The notes beneath the pieces were generated by a model. It was not told where the DNA came from. It saw nothing but the letters and a program-made list of their open reading frames with translations, and searched no databases. DNA of 64,000 bases, taken from Eledone cirrhosa. Its lineage: Eukaryota. This document shows, piece after piece, positions 1 through 14,756 of this stretch. The stretch is taken from NCBI GenBank assembly GCA_964016885.1, contig OZ024763.1:7998001-8062000 (forward strand), given 5' to 3'. How positions within the stretch are numbered: position 1 is the stretch's first letter; every line of letters begins with the position of its first letter. A program made the translations under genes and the position numbers.

Positions 1-619
1 CAACTCGTCAGCCGATCGCTATATCAGAGAAAGGAACGCTTCTGTCCACAAGAATGAATGAAAGATAGTGTAAGTAAATATATGGGGGTGTCAGGTACTG
101 TAGCGTTAGGGCTGGGGTTAGGTTTAGTAAGCATTCAGGGAGAGGGGGTGGGGAGAAACAAACCCAAATAAACATAGTTTGGAAGTAGCCCGGGCCAAGA
201 CATGATGAACTGAGTTTGAGTTGAAAACAATGAGATATCGTAATCTAACCTGACACCCCTCTATCTTTTGTCAGGTAAGAATGGACTCGGCTAAATAGAT
301 AGCAATTCTCTCTTCTCTATTTGTCTGTCTAAGTCAATATAAGAGGGAGGGAGAGGGGGAGGAGGAGGGGGATTGACTCAACCAAACAAACAAACAGACA
401 GAAAGAGATAGAAAAAGGAGAGAGAGAGAGAGCGCAATAGAGAGACAGAATAGATAGACGGGTAAATAGACTAATATATATATAGAGAGAGAGAGAGGGA
501 GAGAGAAAGAGAGAGGGTAAGGGAAAGACAGATAGATATATAGAGAGATAGGGTAAGATAGAATCGCTATATAGAAACAGGGCGGACGGCAGGGAGGACG
601 GAAAGGCTGATGGTGGTGG

Positions 620-1315
620 TGTGAAGGAGAGAGAGAGAGAGTGTGTGTGGTAGTGGTGGTGGTGTGGTGTTGGGTTAGGGGAGAGAGAGAGAGAGTGTGT
701 GTGTGGTAGTGGTGGTGGTGGTGGTGTTGGGTTAGGAGAGAGAGAGAGAGTGGTGTGGTGTTGGTGGTGGTAGCGGTGGTGTGGTGTTGGGTTAGGAGAG
801 AGAGAGAGAGAGTGTGTGTGTGGTAGTGGTGGTGGTGGTGGTGGTGTTGGGTTAGGAGAGAGAGAGAGAGTGGTGTGGTGTTGGTGGTGGTAGCGGTGGT
901 GTGGTGTTGGGTTAGGAGAGAGAGAGAGAGTGGTGTGGTGTTGGTGGTGGTAGCGGTGGTGTGGTGTTGGGTTAGGAGAGAGAGAGAGAGTGGTGTGGTG
1001 TTGGTGGTGGTAGCGGTGGTGTGGTGTTGGGTTAGGAGAGAGAGAGAGAGTGGTGTGGTGTTGGTGGTGGTAGCGGTGGTGTGGTGTTGGGTTAGGAGAG
1101 AGAGAGAGAGTGGTGTGGTGTTGGTGGTGGTAGCGGTGGTGTGGTGTTGGGTTAGGAGAGAGAGAGAGAGTGGTGTGGTGTTGGTGGTGGTAGCGGTGGT
1201 GTGGTGTTGGGTTAGGAGAGAGAGAGAGAGTGGTGTGGTGTTGGTGGTGGTAGCGGTGGTGTGGTGTTGGGTTAGGGGAGAGAGAGAGAGTGGTGTGGTG
1301 TTGGTGGTGTTGGGT

Positions 1316-1352
<37 letters not shown>

Positions 1353-1660
1353 TGTGGTGTTGGTGGTGGTTGTCGTGGTGGTGTGGTGTGGTGTTGGGTT
1401 AGGAGAGAGAGAGAGTGAGTGTATGCGTGTGGTGTTGGTGGTGGTGGTGGTGTTGGGTTAGGAGAGAGAGAGAGAGTGTGTGTGGTGTGTGGTAGTGGTT
1501 GTGATGTGGTGTTGGGTTAGGAGAGAGAGAAAGAGAGAGGGTGTGTGTGGTGGTGGTGTTGGGTTAGGAGAGAGAGAGAGAGAGTGAGTGGTGTGGTGTG
1601 TGTGGTGGTGGTGTTGGGTTAGGAGGGAGAGAGAGAGAGAGAGAGAGAGAGTGGTGTGTA
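620..1660. repeat. 60-bp G-rich minisatellite immediately upstream of the TMED ATG
   Basis: identical 60-base lines 901-1260; each unit has GGGTTAGG plus (GA)n. Confidence 0.95.
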
Positions 1661-1666
1661 GTAAAG

Positions 1667-2104
1667 ATGGCCTTTCACCGTTGTAAGCGGACGACGACGA
1701 CAAACACTCGTGTCTGTCGTGTTTCGTGTTTAACGGTGCTCCATATGTACTTAACGATGACGACGACCGTGATGGCGATGTTGATGATGATGATGATGGT
1801 GGTGACATCTTGTTCGGCCGCAGGACCAGAAGCTGTCCCCCAGCCAGAGGACCGGGTTACAGAGTTACCAGATGCTGCTAGTGCTGGTGGTGGTGTAACA
1901 GAGCCGTCCCAGGGGCAGAGGAGCGGAACAGCGGTGAAGTCTGAAGGAGGAGATGGTAATGGTGATGATGAAGAAATGGTGAATCTGTCGGATCTGTTAA
2001 AGAACTTTAACGATGTGGAGTTTAAGTTTGAAATTGGTGCCGGGAAAGAAGAGTGCTTCTACGAACATCTTCACAACAACACAGATATATACCTTTCTTT
2101 TGAC
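1667..2104 (+). CDS. TMED6: TMED6-like exon 1
   Basis: ATG 1667, MAFHRC...[20 protein letters not shown] then gtaagt donor at 2105. Confidence 0.85.
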
Positions 2105-2565
2105 GTAAGTGACAACAATGATAACTATATATATATAAATCAATACATACAACATACATATATACACCCACACATATATATATATATATATTTCCGACCG
2201 TTAAGGTTGATTTCCATGGGTACGTCGTTATTTATGAAACAAATTTTGTATTTTATCTGATGAAAGCGCACCAAGATTGACTTGGTCGCCCTTGAAATAT
2301 ATATAATTGTTTCTACTTTAGGCACAAGGCCAGCAAATACCCAGTGCATTACTGGTACTTTATTTTATTATATATGAAATATATATAATAAAATAAATAA
2401 GGTTTTATAAATATAGTTTCCATTTATTAATATCTTGGAATATTTACTCCATTTTTCTGTTGAGTGCTCTATAACAGTTATAAACATTTATGTTTGTCGA
2501 AATTCCAACAAATTAAATACAACTTCTACACATATATATATATATATATATAATAAAATATGGAG

Positions 2566-2596
<31 letters not shown>

Positions 2597-3072
2597 TGTA
2601 GAAGTTATATTTAAATTGTTGGGATACAAGCAAATATTTTTATAACTGATATAAAGCACTCAACAAATATTTAGAGTAAAAATACGATATTAACAAATGG
2701 AAACTATATTTATAAAACCATATTTATTTCATTATACATATTTCAAGGACACCAAGTTAAATTATGGTGTGCTTTCATCAGATAAAATATAATATAGATC
2801 AGTTATATATATAATTACAACAGTGGCATGAAACTTGAGTACTTGTTTATGTCGCTTATTACTTCAGTTTGTTAAGGGTAAAGTAAAAGACAAAGATATA
2901 CACATACGTACACTTATATTCAAATATATATACTCTCTTTCTCTCAATGTGTCAGCATATATATATATATATACACACACATATATATACACGCTCTCTC
3001 TCTCTCAATGTGTGTGTATACATACATATGTACACAAAAACACACACATATGTATATATATACATATATACA

Positions 3073-3111
<39 letters not shown>

Positions 3112-3864
3112 TATGTGTGTATACATGCATATGTACACAAAAACACACTTATACACACATATGTATATATATATATATACATATATACACGCTCTCTCTC
3201 TCTCTCTCTCAATATGTGTGTATACATACATATGTACACAAAAACACACACTTATACACACATATGTATATATATACATATATACACGCTCTCTCTATAT
3301 GTGTATATACATGCATATATACACACACAGACACACAGACATATATATATATATATGAGGAAGAGATAGACAGATGTTTGTATAGTTCCATATGGTCCGT
3401 ATTGTCTAGTCTCATAAGAAATACATCATCATCACCACCACATCATCACCATCACCTTCACCACAACCATCTCCACCCCATCATCATCATCATCATCAGA
3501 TAATATATATATATATAAGTTTATCCCGGGTTCAATCGGGGGTAACCACAGTAAGTAAGGTACTCAATACATGGCAGAGTATAAATATTTAATATAAATG
3601 GCTTCTACGGGACTAGAACTGTTTCATTCGGGAGAAATCATCAGGAAGCCCTGATATATATATTATTAATTCAAAATATTAACAAAAATAGACATTCGTG
3701 TGATGAAGTATATTTTATAAAATATACTTGATCACACGAATGTTTATTTTTGTTAATATTTTGAATTAATATTAATAACTCCGGAAAACCATATATCTGT
3801 TGAGTGCTTCCAATCTATTGTAAAACTCATTCTTTGATTTATTCATTGAACCTTGTTTAACCTT

Positions 3865-3921
<57 letters not shown>

Positions 3922-4182
3922 CGAAGGAATTGTGGTAAGGAACCAGATGGACCATAACGCACCAAAGTACTCAATACTTAGTGTAGTAGAGTGAATAAAA
4001 AAAAAGACTCCAGTTGCATTTTCGATTTCATCTTTTTTCTTTATACTTTTACTCGTGTAGGACACCGGTTATTTTTTCATTTTGTAAATGCAACTGGAGT
4101 CTTTATTTTTTTTTAATATATTTATTTGGGTCCTTTACCGGTTTCGCAGTTCTTGTGCTTTTCAAAAGTAGAGTTGTGGTTT

Positions 4183-4245
<63 letters not shown>

Positions 4246-4622
4246 TATATATAAATGAAAAGTATAGAAATTGTTGTAGCGAGAAGCTAACAGTATTCCA
4301 TAACATATATATATATATTTTTTTTTATTTCCAACCGTGACCATCCCCACTGAAAGTTTCTTTTTAAGACTATATAGAGCATTTGTAGATTTTCCAAATT
4401 GAAGGATGAGTATTTTAGACTTTATTTTATTCTGAATTAAGACTCCATTGATTTTCCCTGGATTTCACTAAATTCTGTGGATAAATCCGTCTTGATTTTT
4501 TTTAAATTGAGTTTGAATTATTTTCCCACATCTTACGTTAACTATTTTTCCATTTTGACGCTATAGTCACTTATATATTATGGAATACTGTTGGCTTCTT
4601 GCTACAATACTTTCTATACATT

Positions 4623-4694
<72 letters not shown>

Positions 4695-4850
4695 GTGTGT
4701 GTGTGTGTAACCTGGGTTTAATCGGGGATAACTACAGTAAGGTACTCAATACATTAGTAGAGTGTAAACAACAAGATTTAATATAGAAATGTCTTCTACA
4801 GGACTAGAACTGTTCCATTCGAAGGAAATCATCAGGGAAGTCCTTGTATT

Positions 4851-4886
<36 letters not shown>

Positions 4887-5023
4887 AGCAAAGGGATATT
4901 TAATTTGTTGGTAATTCAACAAATATATATATTTATAACTGATTCGAAGCACTCAACAGTTTTCTGGAGTATAATATCAATGATATACATATATCATTGA
5001 TATACAAATATAATATATATACA

Positions 5024-5080
<57 letters not shown>

Positions 5081-5093
5081 GAAAGGTATAGAA

Positions 5094-5128
<35 letters not shown>

Positions 5129-8100
5129 AATATGTTCCCTTTAAAAATGACATACATAAATACTATCACACGTGTGTGTGTGTACGTGAATGTGTGGGAG
5201 TACATACGTGTACATGTACATGTGCGTGTGTGTATATACCCGTGTTTATATGTCTGTGTGTGTACGTCCGTGTCTATAAGTGCGTGTGTGTACGTCCGTA
5301 TCTATGTGTGTGTACGCCTGTATCCCTATATATGTCTGTGTGTGTACGATAGTGTTTATATATGTGTATGTGTACGACTGTGTTTATATATGTGCGTTGG
5401 TGTCTATAAGTCTGTATGTGTGTATGTATCAAGCTACAGCTGACACCGTCTCACACATACACACAATAACACACACACACAGTCGGACACGGACACACAC
5501 ACACAATAACAGACAATACAGTTGCTACCTGGATAACACGTGTCATTCCACTGTGGCAGTGGTGACATATAGTGTGGTGGTGGTGGTGTAGTGGTGGTGG
5601 TGTTGTAGTGGTGGTGGTGGTGGTGGTGTAGTGGTGGTGGTGTTGTAGTGATGGTGGTGGTGGTGGTGGTGTTGTAGTGGTGGTGGTGGTGTTGTAGGTG
5701 TAGTGGTAGTGGTGGTGCAGTGATGCCATACAGTGTGGTGGGGGTGTTGTCATCACCATGTCAACAGCAGCTTCACTAATACAGCACTACTACTACTACT
5801 ATTACTACTATTACTACCACTAATACTACTACTACTACCACCACTAATATTATTACTACCACTACTACTACTATTACTAGCACTACATCTACTTCAACAC
5901 TACTACTATTACTAGCACTACATCTACTTCAACACTACTACTATTACTAGCACTACATCTACTTCAACACTACTACTATTACTAGCACTACATCTACTAC
6001 CACTACTACTACTATTACCAGCACTACATCTACTTCAACACTACTACTATTACTAGCACTACATCTACTTCAACACTACTACTATTACTAGCACTACATC
6101 TACTTCAACACTACTACTATTACTAGCACTACATCTACTTCAACACTACTACTATTACTAGCACTACATCTACTACCACTACTACTACTATTACTAGCAC
6201 TACATCTACTACCACTACTACTACTATTACTAGCACTACATCTACTTCAACACTACTACTATTACTAGCACTACATCTACTACCACTACTACTACTATTA
6301 CTAGCACTACATCTACTTCAACACTACTACTATTACTAGCACTACATCTACTTCAACACTACTACTATTACTAGCACTACATCTACTACCACTACTACTA
6401 CTATTACTAGCACTACATCTACTTCAACACTACTACTATTACTAGCACTACATCTACTACCACTACTACTACTATTACTAGCACTACATCTACTTCAACA
6501 CTACTACTATTACTAGCACTACATCTACTTCAACACTACTACTATTACTAGCACTACATCTACTTCAACACTACTACTATTACTAGCACTACATCTACTA
6601 CCACTACTACTACTATTACTAGCACTACATCTACTTCAACACTACTACTATTACTAGCACTACATCTACTTCAACACTACTACTATTACTAGCACTACAT
6701 CTACTTCAACACTACTACTATTACTAGCACTACATCTACTACCACTACTACTACTATTACCAGCACTACATCTACTTCAACACTACTACTATTACTAGCA
6801 CTACATCTACTTCAACACTACTACTATTACTAGCACTACATCTACTACCACTACTACTACTATTACTAGCACTACATCTACTTCAACACTACTACTACAC
6901 TACTGTCACATCTTTGTCACCACACTTCCACTACATTAAGACAATATATACATCACATGGCAACAATATAACCAACTATATACTATATCATGAACAGAAG
7001 CTATATGAATAAATATTGGTGTCTCTCTTGTAGTCACGAGGCAGGCAAGAGTATATTAACCCTTTACCATTTACATTACTCTATATATACTATTGTATTT
7101 TCATGGTAAAGACTTTACCTCACATAATATCTCATATAACATTTACATTACTCTATATTTACTATTGTATTTTCACAGTAAAGGCTTTACCTCACATAAT
7201 ATCTCACAACATTTACAATACTCTATATTTACTATTGTATTTTCACAGTAAAGATTTTACCTCACATAATATCTCACATAACATTTACAATACTCTATAT
7301 TTACTATTGTATTTTCACAGTAAAGATTTTACCTCACATAATATCTCACATAACATTTACAATACTCTATATTTACTATTGTATTTTCACAGTAAAGACT
7401 TTACCTCACATAATAGCTCACATAACATTTACAATACTCTATATTTACTATTGTATTTTCACAGTAAAGACTTTACCTCACATAATATCTCACATAACAT
7501 TTACATTACTCTATATTTACTATTGTATTTTCACAGTAAAGACTTTACCTCACATAATATCTCACATAACATTTACAATACTCTATATTTACTATTGTAT
7601 TTTCACAGTAAAGACTTTACCTCACATAATAGCTCACATAACATTTACAATACTCTATATTTACTATTGTATTTTCACAGTAAAGACTTTACCTCACATA
7701 ATATCTCACATAACATTTACATTACTCTATATTTACTATTGTATTTTCACAGTAAAGACTTTACCTCACAAATATCAAATCTACAAGATTTCGATGTTAT
7801 TTATTTTGAGAACAATACCTTAACATCAATATGAGTGGCCGGTTATGGCCGGTTTGAACAGAACAAGGTGAAAGAATTCTGGCTGGATACACCTGGCTTA
7901 AATATTAACGGGTTAACTCTTTTATATAAAAATGAGGAAACTCTACACTACAACTGCTGTTAAAAACTACACACCTGCCAACCACTCTTTTATATAATTG
8001 TTTCTACTTTTTGGCACAAGGCTAACAATTACCCAGTGTATTACTGGTACTTTATTTTATCGACCCTGTAAGGATGAAAGGCAAAGTTAACTCTTTTATA

Positions 8101-8639
8101 TAATGAAAGCTATACCCATTTTCACAAGAGAAGACCACCCCAAAGTGGGTGGGATATCTCCCCATTGGATGGGGGAGAGTTGACAGGTCTGATACTGCCA
8201 AATACTGTCAAAGACTTTGATGGGCGAAAATGCCTCAGGACAGAGACATCCCATATATAGTGACCTTTTTCATATATATATATATATATATAAATGCTGA
8301 TATATATATATATATATGCTGATGATCGATTCCAACCGTGACCATCCCCACTGAAAATTTCATGAAATAGTCTTTTCAGACTATACAGAGCATTTGTAGT
8401 TTTTCAAAATTGAAGGATGAGTATTTTAGACTTTATTTTATTCTGAGTTAAGGCTCCATTGATTTTTCCCTGGATTTCACTAAATTCTGTTGGATGAATC
8501 TATATCCTGATACTTTTTGAATTGAGTTTGAATTATTTTCCCACATCTTACGTTAACTATTTTTCCATTTTGACGCTATAGTCACTTATATGTTATGAAA
8601 TACTGTTGGCTTCTTGCTACAATAATTTCTATACTTTTC

Positions 8640-8677
<38 letters not shown>

Positions 8678-9167
8678 GCAGAGGTTATATTTAATTTGTT
8701 GGGATTCAACAAGCTTAAACATTTTTATAACTGATATAAAGCACTCAACAAGTTGGAGTAAATACACAATATATTAATTGTTTCTACTTTAGGCACAAGG
8801 CCAGCAATTATCCAGTGCATTACTGGTACTTTATTTTATCGACCCCGTAAGGATGAAAGGCAAAGTTAACCTCGGCGGGATTTGAACTCAGATCGTAAAG
8901 GGACGTAACTATGCTGGAAAGCATGGCGTCCGACCCTCTACCGATACTGCCAATCCGCATAAAACCATATTTATTTTATTATATATATTTCAAGGGCAAC
9001 CAAGGCAAATTATGGTGCGCTTTCATCAGATGAAATACAGATTTGTTTTATAAATAAGTATTGACATACCCGGGAAAAAAGACAACCTCAACGGTTGGAG
9101 CTTCCTGGATAGTGGAGATATTATTTTATTGAGGGTAATACAAAGTTATGAGTGAGTATGCAAATGA

Positions 9168-9214
<47 letters not shown>

Positions 9215-9318
9215 CTTCCCATACATAGAAACAGTATATATATATAAAATCAATATATATAGAATCAGTAACTGAACAATAACTACCAAATATATGCACA
9301 TATAGGTATGTGTGTGTG

Positions 9319-9359
<41 letters not shown>

Positions 9360-9637
9360 TCATGAATGAGAAAACAGGTGACCTCACCTTTATCTACAAA
9401 AAAGATAACTTTATTGTATTTCAATTAGAATTCTCTACAATTTGATGAAAGATGAGAAATAGTGCAGGTGTTATCACATATGGTGGTAGTAGTAGTGGTG
9501 GTGGTGGTAGTGGTGGTGGTGGTGGTGATGGTGGTAGAGGTAGTAGTAGTATATATATATATATACACACACATATATATATATATATACACACACACAT
9601 ATATATATATATACACACATATATATATATACACACA

Positions 9638-9689
<52 letters not shown>

Positions 9690-9743
9690 CACACACATAT
9701 ATATATATATACACACATATATATATATATATACACACATATA

Positions 9744-9779
<36 letters not shown>

Positions 9780-12700
9780 CACATATATATATATATACAC
9801 ATATATATATATACACACACATATATATATATATATACACACATATATATACACACACATATATATATATATACACACATATATATATATACACACACAC
9901 ATATATATATATACATATATATATATACACACACACACATATATATATATACACACATATATATATACACACATATATATATATATACACACATATATAT
10001 ATACACACATATATATATATATACACAACTATACACATACACATATATATATATACACATATATATACACATACACATATATATATATACACATATATAT
10101 ATAAGTTTATCCCAGGTTCAAACTTTAAAATAAGGAGTGGCACCCTAATTTGAAGTTGTTTAAAGAATTCTTTCTGCCTTTGTCACTCGAAATATAGTTT
10201 TAAAGAATCACCTTTTAAAGATTTCCCTCTTCTTTAAACCCATCAACCAATGACCTCCATGCATCCCAATCCCCACCCTCTCCTACCACCAGAAAAGATA
10301 TAAATACCACCATATTTACTTGAACAGTCAGCTTCCTGATGATTTCTCATGAATGAAACAGTTCTAGTCCTGTAGAAGCTTTTCTATATTAAACATATAT
10401 ATATATATATATAGGAAAATGTTCTAGACTAGTCCAGAAATAGCCGTCAAAACGGCTTGAGCTCTGCCGTCAAGGTCTTGAACATTTTCCTATTACCCAC
10501 TCTACTACCCAAAGTATCAAGTACTCTGGTGCATTATGGTCCACCTGGTTCCTTACCACACTTCCTTCGTTATATATAAACCCATAGAGCAAATATTTAT
10601 TATTAGTACAGATTATCATTTAAGCAAAGAATTTCTGCTTTCACCGCACACTAGGTTCAACTCACCAGCCATCAATATATCCCACACCAGGTTCAACTTC
10701 CAGTCATCAATATATCCCACACCAGGTTCAACTTCCAGTCATCAATATAGCCCACATTAGGCTCAACTCATCATGTCTGTTCTACTTTATTTTTCAGATA
10801 TTAAAAGGCGGTGATAAAAATATTGATTTCTTCATCCGAAATCCTCAAGGCGTTATAACCTACAACCAACTGTGGCAAACTAGAGGAGTCTATGAGCAGC
10901 AGAAATTGAGCGAAGGTTGTAACTTATATCTCACTTTTCATACTTTCTTTCTTTTTATTCTTTATTTTATTTTGTTAATTGTCTCAAAGGTGAACATGTG
11001 TGGCAGATGACATGATCTGAGATTGAGAGCTGAGGTTCAAATAATTAAACTAAGGGGGAGATGCATGACAGCCATCATGCACACAGATGTGTACATGCTT
11101 GGCAGATAACATGAGCTGAGATTGAGTGTTTAGGTTCAAATAATTAAACTATGGGAAAAGCATAACAGCCATCCCACACAGAAGTGTAGATGGTTGGCAG
11201 ATGACATGATCTGAGTTACAGATTTAAGGTTCAAATAATTAAACTGTGGGAGAGGCATGCCATGCTTGGCAGATGACATGATCTGAGTTTCAGTTTTGTG
11301 GTTCAAATAATTAAACTGTGGGAGAGGCATGCCATGCTTGGCAGATGACATGATCTGAGTTTCAGTTTTGTGGTTCAAATAATTAAACTGTGGGAGAGGC
11401 ATGCCATGCTTGGCAGATGACATGATCTGAGTTTCAGTTTTGTGGTTCAAATAATTAAACTGTGGGAGAAACATGACAATGACAGTCATCACACACAGAG
11501 CTGAAGATGATTAGAGAATGGCATGATCTGTGATTGAATGTTAATTTAAAACAATAAAATTATTGGAGAAGCATGACACCCATCACACAGAGATATACAT
11601 GCTTGACAGATGACATAATCTTAGCTTGAGTGTTGAGGTAGAAACAAATTGTGGGAGAGGCATGACAGACAACACACAGACACTGTAAATATAACAATGT
11701 TATTTTTTATGTGTTTTATACTATATATATATATATATATGAGGTTGTTTTTTTTTTCATTTTAATTTTATCCTTTTAAATATAATGTATTTCCAAAACC
11801 TCTCGTTTTTCACACTAGTGGTCTTATACCCCTGTAATTGAAAACACTCACCTGTGTTTTTCCTCTATATATTGTGTGTATATATATATATATATAGTGG
11901 TAGAACACTGGAAGGTAATATCCGTAGTGGCAGAGGACTCAGTCCAGGAGACGAGTTAGGTAGAAGAAGTAACACAACAGTTAGTTCACCATACCGAGAA
12001 CAATTGTTTCACCTTAGCGGATCTTCAGCTCGTACAGCTGTACAAGCTGAAGATCCGCTAAGGTGAAACAATTGTTCTCGATATGGTGAACTAACTGTTG
12101 TGTTACTACTTCTATATATATATATATGTGTGTCTGTATATAATGTATATATATATATATATATATAGTATTAAGGATACTATTTATGGTTCTGTATATA
12201 ATAAAACCTTATATAGTTATATATATTTTAAACCCTAAATAGTGAAAGACAGTAATTTATTACTACCTTATTACCAGTAAGATAAATAGCTCAATGTAAT
12301 AACATCAGTTGTTTTACAGAGCAGTTATATAGAAAGTACATGAATCAAAGTTCAGTTTAAATCATTTATTTGCTTACAATTGTTTCCTCCAAACCGAGGT
12401 TTGGATTCTTCGGAGCAACTATTTAGTGATTTTTACATATATATATAAATTTCAATTATAGGAACATATGAATTCTGCTTTGATAACACCTACAGCCATT
12501 TTTCCTCAAAACTGGTGAATTTCTATTTCACTGCTTCCATACATGGTGAGATAATGAAATATTTTGAAACAATTCAAAAGGTTGATGGCAGAATGTCCAA
12601 CATCTCGGTAAGTTTAAATCCACTGATTCTCTCACACTCAACTCATAATTAATTGTTTCTACTTTTGGCACAAGGCCAGCAATTACCCCAGTACATTACT

Positions 12701-13838
12701 GGTACTTTATTTTATCGATCCCGTAAGGATGAAAGGCAAAGTTAACCTCAGAGGGATTTGAACTCAGACTATAAAGGAGGGTAACTCTATGCTGCAAAGC
12801 ATGGCGTCCAACCTTCTACCGATACTGCCAATCCACTGCCACACTCAACTTATAATTAATGGCACAGAACTAGAGAGATAATGTGGTTTAATTCCACCCA
12901 TCATCATCATTGTTTAAAGTCCATTTTTTATGGTGATTTAGTAGAAAATGATAGCGGTGCTGTGGAAAGTAATGTACTCATTTGTACTCTCATCCTTACA
13001 AAGTTTTTGTTTATGCATATTTTTATTTGTTTTTCAACAGAAGATATATGCAGAACATAATACATTACATCAGAATAATGCTTAAGCTTCCCTTTATAAG
13101 CATAGACAAAATAAAGTCTGTACACAAAATACAAAGAAAGTTATATTAATTTTAAAACGGGGTGCTTACATTTTTTGCTACTCCAAAAATAATTCAGTTT
13201 CAGGGAAAACAATTCAAAAACATTACTAGTGTGCTAAAGGTTAAGAAAAACTACCTGTTGAAAGAACTAATGTAAAATTAGTAAATGATACAGAAAAAAT
13301 ATATACCTGATTAACTGAAGCCATCTTTAACATTTGGTGTACACAGTATGTCTACTCCTTCAGTCATAGGACAGCTAGTATTTCCACTTTGTTAGCAAAA
13401 CACATATGTTATCTGAAAGACCTAGAATAAAATGAAAGTGTTGTTGCAAAAGCCAAAGTAGATAATAGTTACGGAGTTATATTTGATGTATCATCATCAT
13501 CATCGGAAACTGAATGGCATCAAGCCGTAGAAAACCAGCCAGAAACAGTCCTGTATGAGCAAGACACGGTCACCTGACCCAACTTATATCAAATGAGACA
13601 AACCCATCTTAGCCATGCTAGCGTGGAAGATAGATGTTAAATGATGATGATGATCAAATGTTTGTGTCTATATTGTATCTGTATTATTTTTGACCGTTGG
13701 TCAGTCAATGGCAACATTGAGGACCGAATAAATTAGATTACCGATATAAAAGACACAGAAGCGAAAACCAACCAAACAGTGAGTGTGTTCTGTTATTAAT
13801 TCTGGCAATATTACACAAATATGACCCTCCCCAAGTAT

Positions 13839-13881
<43 letters not shown>

Positions 13882-14156
13882 GTGACAGACTGGGTCTAAA
13901 AATATTGGGTGCCAGGAGATGAAGGGGGCCCACCTACATATAGAATGCTATAATTGAATTTTTATAATGAATAAATAACATTTTCGAAAAATACATAAGT
14001 GGAAACAAAACAGTGCAATCAAATTTTTTGGGGAAAATATCTTACCTTCTCCAATAAAAACTATTATGTATTTTGGCAAATCCAGAGACTTTCAATAATG
14101 ACCTTTGGTCTTTCACACTCACTCAATATATATATATGTGTGTGTTGTGTATCTAT

Positions 14157-14187
<31 letters not shown>

Positions 14188-14709
14188 TACACACACACCA
14201 CTAATTGATTTGACAGATGTCTTTAACCCATTGATACCAAATATTGTTTTTATCAGTAGTTATTTTAATAAATATATATATACATACATATATATACATA
14301 TATACATACATATATATAATATATATATACATACATATATATAATATATATATACATATATATATATATACATATATATACATATATATATATACATATA
14401 TATACATATATATATATACATATATATACATATATATATATACATATATATACATATATATATACACATATAGATACACATATATATACATATATATATA
14501 TACATATATATAATATATATATACATACATATATATAATATATATATGCATATATATATATATACATATATATACATATTTATATATACATATTTATATA
14601 TACATATATATATATATATACATATATATACATATATATATACATATATATACATATATATACATATATATATACATATATATATATACATATATATACA
14701 TATATATAC

Positions 14710-14756
<47 letters not shown>

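Noticed and set aside
1-300. Possible exon or promoter and a 12-bp inverted repeat (ggggtgtcaggt/acctgacacccc)
   Set aside because: No recognisable coding frame or family; too little evidence.
875-1318. 147-aa repeat ORF
   Set aside because: Frame of the 60-bp minisatellite; no ATG start.
670-1625. Interstitial telomere
   Set aside because: Only single GGGTTAGG motifs per 60-bp unit, not (TTAGGG)n arrays.
7103-7834. 243-aa repeat ORF
   Set aside because: 72-bp tandem array of a dispersed non-coding repeat inside TMED intron 1.
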